Source of the DNA: Desulfobacteraceae bacterium UBA5616
Lineage (GTDB): Bacteria > Desulfobacterota > Desulfobacteria > Desulfobacterales > UBA5616
Reading direction: 5' to 3'
Length of the DNA stretch: 64,000 nt
Assembly: GCA_002423615.1 (NCBI GenBank)
Contig: DIKO01000105.1
Span: forward strand, 507-64,506
Positions 58,360 through 64,000 of the stretch are shown here, piece by piece. Made by a program: the position numbers and the translations under genes. Numbering within the stretch: position 1 is the first letter of the stretch; each line of letters begins with the position of its first letter. The notes under the pieces are model-generated. The model saw only the letters and a program-made list of their open reading frames with translations, had not been told where the DNA came from and did no database searches.

Positions 58360-60073
58360 ACGCCAGACCCCGGCTGTCTAAAGCAATAATTCTATCCGCA
58401 TGGGCGATCGCGGAATACCGGTGGCTCACGATCACGATGGTTTTATCTTCCATTAAATGACCCAGCGTGTCTTTTAAACGATCCTCCGTGGAAACATCCA
58501 CAAATGCCGTGGCCTCGTCCAGTATCAGGATTTTCGGCTTCATTAGAACGGCCCGGGCAATGCTGAGCCGCTGTTTTTGCCCGCCCGAAAGAAGTACGCC
58601 CCTGTCGCCTATGACCGTGTCATACCCGTTGGGCAGCGTTTGAATAAACCCGTCAATGCAGGCGGATTCAGCCGCCGACCGGACCTCGTCCATGCCGGCG
58701 CAGGGCTTTGGAAACCGGATATTTTCAAGGATGGTCGTATGAAACAGGAAAATATCCTGGGAAACAATTGCTGCCTGTTTGCGGAACCATTCTGGGTTAA
58801 TGGTTTTAAGATCAATGCCGCCGATTGTGATGACCCCTGAATCCGGGTCGAAAAGCCGCAGCATCAAATGGCATAAGGTTGTTTTCCCTGCTCCGCTGGG
58901 GCCGATGATTGCCGTGATCCTGCGGCCGGGGATCTGAAAGGACATATGGTTTACCACCGGTTTTCGATCATAGGCAAAACAGACATCCCGAAATTCAATA
59001 TCCCCGGTGACGGCGGCCTCTTTTTCCGGGATTATGCCGCCGCAGGTGGTTTGAACGGGCAAAATATCGAGAATCTCCCTGACCCTGGCCAGGCTGACCA
59101 GTGATTTCTGCAGGGATAAAAAACCGTCCATCAGCGCTTTTAACGGGCCGAATACCCTGCCCTGGTAGATCGAAAACGCCACCAGACTGCCGATCGTCAG
59201 GGTGTGTGCCAGCACGAGCGAACCGCCGTAACCGAATACCACCACGGCGTTGAGAATCACAAAAACGGTCGGAATTGATCCGGAAACAGCGCCCAGCACC
59301 TGATATCGCATCAGAAACCCCAGAATATGAGACTGTTTTTCATTGAGTCTGCTCCGCTCGATCTTTTCAGCGCCAAAGGCTCTGATCATATGGGTATTGC
59401 TGAGGGATTCAAATATAAAATGCGAAATTTCCGCGTTGCTTCGGGCCACCTGATGGCCCAGGTCCAGCAATTTCGGACGAAGGCGATAAATTATAATAAG
59501 GGCCGCCGGCAGAAAAGCGAAGCTTAACAACGCCATTTTCCAGTTCAATGCCATCAGCACGCCGGCGGCGATCAGACAGGTGAGCAGATTGAATGCGACC
59601 ATGGGAAGGACATCGGTCGCAAGGGATTGAATATCGGCCATATCCGATGCGATGCGGGAATAGAGATCCCCGATTTTCTGCTTTGAAAAAAAGTTGAGGG
59701 GAATTTTCTGAACGTGCTCGAACAGGTCCTCCCGCATGTGAAACAGTATTTGCGCGGAATAGCGCATATAGAGGAAGCTGTTGATCACCCGGATCGCAAA
59801 AGCAAACAGGATCAGGGCCAGGAGCAGTGATAACACGGGCCATAACAACCGGTGGTCGGCGGCAAGAAACACCTTGTCGATCAGAACCTTGGCAAAATAA
59901 GGCTGCGTCATTCCGAAAACAGTGCTCAGACCGCTTAACACAAGGGAAAGAATCAAGATTTTTTTCCGCGGCTTCAGGTATTTTCCCAGATAGGCAAGCT
60001 GTGTCCCGGAAATGTATCCGGCAACACCGTTTGATTTTTTCCGGATCGGTTTCAGGTTTCGCGAAAATAACAC
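58295..60073 (-). CDS. qhpF: ABC exporter (fused TMD-NBD), QhpF-like
   Basis: 592 aa with 6 TM segments plus an NBD (GPSGAGKTT, LSGGQKQRLSIARA, ILILDEAT). There is no C39 peptidase domain. Confidence 0.6.
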   Translation of the reverse strand: MLFSRNLKPIRKKSNGVAGYISGTQLAYLGKYLKPRKKILILSLVLSGLSTVFGMTQPYFAKVLIDKVFLAADHRLLWPVLSLLLALILFAFAIRVINSFLYMRYSAQILFHMREDLFEHVQKIPLNFFSKQKIGDLYSRIASDMADIQSLATDVLPMVAFNLLTCLIAAGVLMALNWKMALLSFAFLPAALIIIYRLRPKLLDLGHQVARSNAEISHFIFESLSNTHMIRAFGAEKIERSRLNEKQSHILGFLMRYQVLGAVSGSIPTVFVILNAVVVFGYGGSLVLAHTLTIGSLVAFSIYQGRVFGPLKALMDGFLSLQKSLVSLARVREILDILPVQTTCGGIIPEKEAAVTGDIEFRDVCFAYDRKPVVNHMSFQIPGRRITAIIGPSGAGKTTLCHLMLRLFDPDSGVITIGGIDLKTINPEWFRKQAAIVSQDIFLFHTTILENIRFPKPCAGMDEVRSAAESACIDGFIQTLPNGYDTVIGDRGVLLSGGQKQRLSIARAVLMKPKILILDEATAFVDVSTEDRLKDTLGHLMEDKTIVIVSHRYSAIAHADRIIALDSRGLAYEGPAEGFAHECAGGDYRQRD

Positions 60074-61041
60074 ATATACCCCTTTTCACAATACTGCGGC
60101 GTATTTCTGAGTTTTTTGGCCAAGGCCTCGACAGCATCCCACGTTGAATTGCGCCGGACTTCCGTCATGACTTCCGCAACCAGTTGAAGACTTCTCATTT
60201 TTCGATAAAAGGATGCCTCACGGCCGACGATTTTAACGGCGGAAACTCCCCAGTCCCTGAATTGCCCGAACCGGCAGAGGCTGCAGGGACCATTGGGCAA
60301 TCCTTCGGACTGGAAGCTGCATCCGCAATTGTTCTGATACCAGAGAAATTCACGGAACCTTTCCATGTCCTTCATAAGCGCTTCTTTGCCGATCTTCTTT
60401 CCCGATCCCGGAAAAAATTCAGGCGTCCAGTCGGTCATGCAAAACGGGCCCAGGGCATGGGAGGTCTGGCAAAATCCCTCTTCAAAATAACATCCGTCGT
60501 TAACGGCAAACACCTCGAATTCCATGTTCAACCTGTTTTTCTTGACGATCGATTCTATTTCAGAAAGATTCAGGTGCCGGGGGAGGATGATCCGTTTCAC
60601 GCCGAGAAAACCGTAGTATTCCACGGATTCCGAGTTGGTGCAGGCGCCCAGGCTGCTTAAATGGATTTTAACCGGCAGTTTTTCCTTGCCAAGCGCGATT
60701 AAAAAATTGAGATCCGATACGATCAGTCCGTCGATTTCAGCCAGCGCGACCAGTTTTTCGCAAAACCGCAAAATGGGTCCTACGCTGTCGTGAGGATAAA
60801 ACGGTGAATTAAACGTGATGTAAACCGCCGCCTCTTTTTCATGAGCAAGTTTTGTTATCTTCAAGACATCCTGAAATGAAAAGAGATTGCCCGCGGCCGG
60901 ATCCCTTCTGTTGATCCACAGTCCCCCGCCGTAGGCACTGTCCCATTCCGGCAGGCCGATGCCGGCATACAATTCATCCGCGCCGAAATGCAGAAGCATC
61001 TCCGTTTCTTCCAAACGACATACGGGGGCAGCAATTTTCAT
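60052..61041 (-). CDS. U32 family protein, UbiU-like
   Basis: 329 aa. EVFAVNDGCYFEEGFCQTS fits the spacing of the U32 signature E-x-F-x2-G-x2-C-x4-G-x-C-x2-S. SAVKIVGREAS resembles the UbiU segment ASVKIEGRQRS. It has additional Cys (CMTD, CGC, CSLC). Confidence 0.75.
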   Translation of the reverse strand: MKIAAPVCRLEETEMLLHFGADELYAGIGLPEWDSAYGGGLWINRRDPAAGNLFSFQDVLKITKLAHEKEAAVYITFNSPFYPHDSVGPILRFCEKLVALAEIDGLIVSDLNFLIALGKEKLPVKIHLSSLGACTNSESVEYYGFLGVKRIILPRHLNLSEIESIVKKNRLNMEFEVFAVNDGCYFEEGFCQTSHALGPFCMTDWTPEFFPGSGKKIGKEALMKDMERFREFLWYQNNCGCSFQSEGLPNGPCSLCRFGQFRDWGVSAVKIVGREASFYRKMRSLQLVAEVMTEVRRNSTWDAVEALAKKLRNTPQYCEKGYMCYFRET

Positions 61042-61047
61042 CGTATG

Positions 61048-61923
61048 TTATAACGCAAATCCTTGATACACGAGGCGGAATGAACCTTCCACCGAAGTAA
61101 AAACGGTGTTGAGCACGGCCGCTGGATACAGGTAGTAAATCGTATTGCCGTTTTGAAACAGTCTGAACTGAAACCGCTCATGCACCAGCTCCAGCACCTG
61201 ATGCGTGCAGGGCCGAAGGCAGTCTTCGCGGATCAAAAACTTTTCTCTTCCCTTCCCTTTTCGAGATTCGGCCTGGCACAGGCGGCCGGTAGTAACAACC
61301 CCAAAGGGAAAATATACGGATACTCCCATGTCCGAAAGGCCCCGGCTGATGCCGGATCCGTAGGGCAGGATGTCCTGCTCGATGCGCCGGACATTGATGG
61401 ATGACAGATGCTCCAGAAACGTCCGGTGGCGAAAAGTGCTCTCGTTGAGGGCATTCTGCATGGATTCAGACATCGAAGCGTCATCCCACGGCCAAACGAA
61501 CCGGGGGTCTTTGAATCCTTTGTTGAATAACCGGCCCGCAGCCAGGCGCAGACCGGGGTATTTTTTTCGCACATGCCATAAAACACCCGGGTCATTTGTG
61601 ACCACCTCGGCCCCCGGGCAGTCATTTTCAAGACAGGCAAACAGGGGGGCGCATTTTTCAAGATGCCGGTCGGTCATGGGCGGCGTCAGGAATGTCAGAC
61701 CGGCGGTGTGGTTTTGTGAAAACCGGCTGAACTCGCGGATTTCCTTTAACGAGGGCAGGCGGTGAAAACAAAATTCATCCCCGATATACAGCCGGTAAAT
61801 CTTTTCGGAACTGCAGCCAAAATCAGCAGGGACATTTTCCGGATAAAAGGAACGCAGATGGCGGATCAGGATATGTTCAGATATCTCCTGCTTCAGATCC
61901 CGCACATGAAACGCCAGTTCCAT
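61048..61923 (-). CDS. U32 family protein, UbiV-like
   Basis: 291 aa. LYIGDEFCFHRLPS resembles the UbiV segment IYLGEAVCSKRR. Further Cys are present (CAPLFACLENDC, GRLCQ, CLRPC). There is a 6-nt gap to the UbiU-like gene. Confidence 0.6.
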   Translation of the reverse strand: MELAFHVRDLKQEISEHILIRHLRSFYPENVPADFGCSSEKIYRLYIGDEFCFHRLPSLKEIREFSRFSQNHTAGLTFLTPPMTDRHLEKCAPLFACLENDCPGAEVVTNDPGVLWHVRKKYPGLRLAAGRLFNKGFKDPRFVWPWDDASMSESMQNALNESTFRHRTFLEHLSSINVRRIEQDILPYGSGISRGLSDMGVSVYFPFGVVTTGRLCQAESRKGKGREKFLIREDCLRPCTHQVLELVHERFQFRLFQNGNTIYYLYPAAVLNTVFTSVEGSFRLVYQGFAL

Positions 61924-61929
61924 TTGCCT

Positions 61930-62478
61930 CTATCGGGCGCCGCCGTCCGGTAAGGCGGCTGTTTCAACAGGTTTTACGGGTTCATAAAACTTTTGCCCGT
62001 TTCGCATTTCATGGTTATGGCAGTCTTTGCACGGCTGCCTCGAGATATCGTTGATCAGGGCTTTATGAATGGTGAGTTGATCGATTTCCTTATGGTTTTT
62101 AGCCTCCTTGCACGTAAAGCACCGGCTGTTGGGCACATGGCTCCAGTACCCGGGTTCCAGATCGTCTTTTAAAAAAAGCGGTTCGGCAATGGGTTTCAGG
62201 GGTTCATCGGGGTCTCTTTTAAAATGGGCTACCAATTGCTTTGCCGACGAAACGTTCATGTCCATCCACCCGGCAAACCCGGCATCAAAGTGACAACCTG
62301 CGCAGTTCGGATGATTTTTGGCGGTCCGGGATTCTTTCCAGCGGTTGACCGGATCTCTCATCTCATGGCAGACAATGCAGGTCTTGTCCGGGAAATATCG
62401 CATCGAGGCTTCATGTACGCCAAGCCCCAGGAAAAACAACACCAGCAAAACGGTGACGATCGATATCTTCTTTTTCAT
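61930..62478 (-). CDS. membrane-anchored NapC/NirT/NrfH-type multihaem cytochrome c
   Basis: 182 aa with an N-terminal TM. Haem motifs are CIVCHEM (CxxCHxM, as in NrfH haem 1), CAGCH, CFTCK (Lys in place of His) and CKDCH. Confidence 0.8.
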   Translation of the reverse strand: MKKKISIVTVLLVLFFLGLGVHEASMRYFPDKTCIVCHEMRDPVNRWKESRTAKNHPNCAGCHFDAGFAGWMDMNVSSAKQLVAHFKRDPDEPLKPIAEPLFLKDDLEPGYWSHVPNSRCFTCKEAKNHKEIDQLTIHKALINDISRQPCKDCHNHEMRNGQKFYEPVKPVETAALPDGGAR

Positions 62479-62516
62479 ATTCGCTCAGCTTTTATCGGGT
62501 TTGCTGCAATTTGCAG

Positions 62517-63548
62517 TTATTGTGAAAACCGATTGAACACCATGGCATCCCCGCCCACGGGAATGGCCGTCTCGAATTTCAACGTTTCTGCGTCATAAAT
62601 GCTGACATCCGCGCCCATGGCCCCGATATAGACTTTCTTTCCATCCGGGCTCAAGGCGATGGAGGTATAGCTTCCCCTTTCCGCATAGGTCGCGTTGACT
62701 GTTTCCCCGGTGGCCACATCCACTTTGACCAGTTCATCGTGACCGGCATAGATGTATTTTTTGTCCGGCGACAACGCAGCGGAAAAAGGCATGGCCATCT
62801 CCTTGCTCTTGATCGACCTGATTTCTCCGGATACCATATCCAGAATCAGATAATACAACCCGGAGGACGCGTAATACGGAGCGGCAAACAACTGATGGTC
62901 TCCGGGACTGTTGTTGGTGTACATGGCGACGATGCTTCTTTGCTCCTGGTCTTTTTCCGCATGAATGCCGGCCATGATCATTTCAAGTTCACCGGTTTTC
63001 AGATTGATTTTATACACATCCAGCCCGAACAGAATCGCATGGTCCGGGTCATTTCGAACCGGAAATATGCCGTGGACCCCATAGGGCAATTCGTAACTCC
63101 GAACCACTTCCTTCTTCCCGATGTCAAATATCGCAAACTGCGGGGGCAGAACATTGAGTTTGGGAATATTCTGCTTTTTCTTGACGATCTGGCAGCTTAC
63201 AAAGAGTTGTTTCCCGTCGTTGGACACCGCTGTGGTAAAAATCGTCACACGGCTCAGATCCGTTGAAAATCTGTACGTATCGATCAGTGAAAAGGTCTTC
63301 GTATCCACTGCAAAAATGGAATGCAGGGCATTGAGATAATATCTCCTCCCGTCCGGCGAATAGCTGGTATTCAACACATAATCGGAGTAACGCGCGCCCT
63401 CGATGACCCGGCCGGTTTCGCAGTTCACCACATCCAGCCCCTTTACGGTGGGGACAAGGATGTAATCGACAGCCAGGACGGGCAATTGGAAAAGTGCCCA
63501 TACCACCAAAGTCCATAGAAAAATCACAAGCTTGATTCTGCTTTTCAT
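62517..63548 (-). CDS. qhpB: secreted 7-bladed-type beta-propeller, QhpB (amine dehydrogenase beta subunit)-like
   Basis: 343 aa with a signal peptide and repeated YVTN-type blades (SYSPDGRRYYL, AVSNDGKQLFVS, ALSPDKKYIYAG, ALSPDGKKVYIG). Its size and its position after the qhpC-like gene match QhpB. Confidence 0.6.
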   Translation of the reverse strand: MKSRIKLVIFLWTLVVWALFQLPVLAVDYILVPTVKGLDVVNCETGRVIEGARYSDYVLNTSYSPDGRRYYLNALHSIFAVDTKTFSLIDTYRFSTDLSRVTIFTTAVSNDGKQLFVSCQIVKKKQNIPKLNVLPPQFAIFDIGKKEVVRSYELPYGVHGIFPVRNDPDHAILFGLDVYKINLKTGELEMIMAGIHAEKDQEQRSIVAMYTNNSPGDHQLFAAPYYASSGLYYLILDMVSGEIRSIKSKEMAMPFSAALSPDKKYIYAGHDELVKVDVATGETVNATYAERGSYTSIALSPDGKKVYIGAMGADVSIYDAETLKFETAIPVGGDAMVFNRFSQ

Positions 63549-63562
63549 GGCGGCGCCCCCTT

Positions 63563-63889
63563 TTACCTTTTAATCACATAATTCAAATTTTTCCAATCTT
63601 TCTGAATCGTTGCGCACTGTTCCTGATAATCGGGGAAAGCGGTGATGTTGTCCGGGGTCTGGGCCGGCCACCAGCACGGTCCGGAGCAGTTGCTCCAGTC
63701 CCGCGCGCTGGAAGCACAATTTCCAACAGGCGCCGCAGGATTGGGGTTGGTCTCCCAGCCGGGATCAAAAACAGTGGTGCAGCCGATGGGCATTCCGGTG
63801 ATCACATCTTCATCCGCCATGCCGAAAACTTCTTCTTCCGCCATTTTCTTTGCCCTCCTGTTAATGGGCTTCAATCCTTTTTTCTTCAT
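63563..63889 (-). CDS. qhpC: QhpC-like gamma-subunit precursor (cysteine tryptophylquinone / thioether-crosslinked peptide)
   Basis: 108 aa. A basic/acidic leader is followed by GCTTVFDPGWE...NCASSARDWSNCSGPCWWPAQTPD. The spacings C37-E46 (9), C58-D64 (6), C68-W74 (6) and C72-D80 (8) equal those of the known crosslinks. An AAGGGGG RBS is present. Confidence 0.8.
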   Translation of the reverse strand: MKKKGLKPINRRAKKMAEEEVFGMADEDVITGMPIGCTTVFDPGWETNPNPAAPVGNCASSARDWSNCSGPCWWPAQTPDNITAFPDYQEQCATIQKDWKNLNYVIKR

Positions 63890-63904
63890 ATTCGCGCCCC
63901 CTTT

Positions 63905-64000
63905 TCAATGTCCTCTGAGTCGTGCAAGACGATCCAGATAGTCGGGCCGGTCGATGGCAAGCTTGGCATACACCGTCAGCCCGATTCCCGTCCATTCCCT
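63905..64000 (-). CDS. 3' end of an unidentified upstream gene (5' part outside the window)
   Basis: Open frame ...REWTGIGLTVYAKLAIDRPDYLDRLARLRGH ends at TGA 63905-63907, 15 nt before the qhpC-like start. Synteny with qhpADCB would predict a qhpD-type radical SAM gene, but the sequence visible here cannot show that. Confidence 0.4.
   Translation of the reverse strand, partial: REWTGIGLTVYAKLAIDRPDYLDRLARLRGH

Noticed and set aside
59409-60137. 242-aa minus-strand ORF in an alternative frame.
   Set aside because: It overlaps the ABC exporter TMD in another frame. Only the exporter frame gives TM helices followed by Walker motifs.
1-64000. CRISPR arrays, IS elements or transposases, prophage or known defence-system genes.
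   Set aside because: I noticed no regularly spaced direct repeats. No ORF has transposase, integrase, Cas, or restriction or toxin hallmarks. The XRE plus P-loop ATPase pair at 24.9-26.2 kb is too generic to call a defence module.

Overview
This 64-kb chromosomal segment has gene content typical of an anaerobic, sulfate-reducer-like Deltaproteobacterium (Desulfobacterota); the taxon is inferred from gene content only, with no database search. I can support about 60 protein genes and one tRNA-Leu(CAG). I saw no rRNA, CRISPR array, transposase or integrase. Housekeeping blocks are rsmI-yraN, an IHF/HU gene, trkH-trkA, tkt, ribF, def-fmt-rsmB, rpe and aroQ. Metabolic and accessory blocks are an acd-etfB-etfA-radical SAM operon, an acetoacetate-decarboxylase-like gene, several acyl-CoA dehydrogenases, an SDR, transporters (TSUP, GDT1, DASS, two MFS) and four sensor kinase systems.

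Main points of interest:
1. At 57.6-64.0 kb (minus strand) lies a tightly packed qhp-like cluster. It encodes a QhpC-type Cys/Trp peptide with all CTQ and thioether residues at the canonical spacings, a QhpB-like beta-propeller, a QhpF-like ABC exporter and a QhpE-like mini-subtilisin. No flavin monooxygenase (QhpG) is visible. A UbiU/UbiV-like pair of U32 proteins and an NrfH-type cytochrome sit mid-operon, which suggests a candidate O2-independent route to the tryptophylquinone cofactor.
2. At 37.3-39.2 kb is arsR-hgcA-hgcB (mercury methylation). hgcB has an in-frame UGA exactly at the position of its conserved post-ferredoxin Cys, followed by a SECIS-like hairpin. The C-terminal Cys-Cys tail is recovered only by read-through, so this is a probable selenocysteine HgcB.
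3. At 8.4-9.8 kb is an HdrD/GlpC-like Fe-S protein split by an in-frame UGA at a CCG-motif position. It has its own hairpin and a sigma-54 promoter, next to a divergent sigma-54 activator and kinase.
4. Several genes are decayed or frame-disrupted: a CoA-transferase, an APH-type kinase remnant beside an ACAD10/11-like gene, a DUF748 giant gene with two compensating frameshifts, and an MFS gene whose N-terminus lacks a start codon.
5. An orphan promoter-terminator unit (candidate sRNA) sits just upstream of the hgc locus.

All family calls rest on motifs read by eye. Start codons are approximate.
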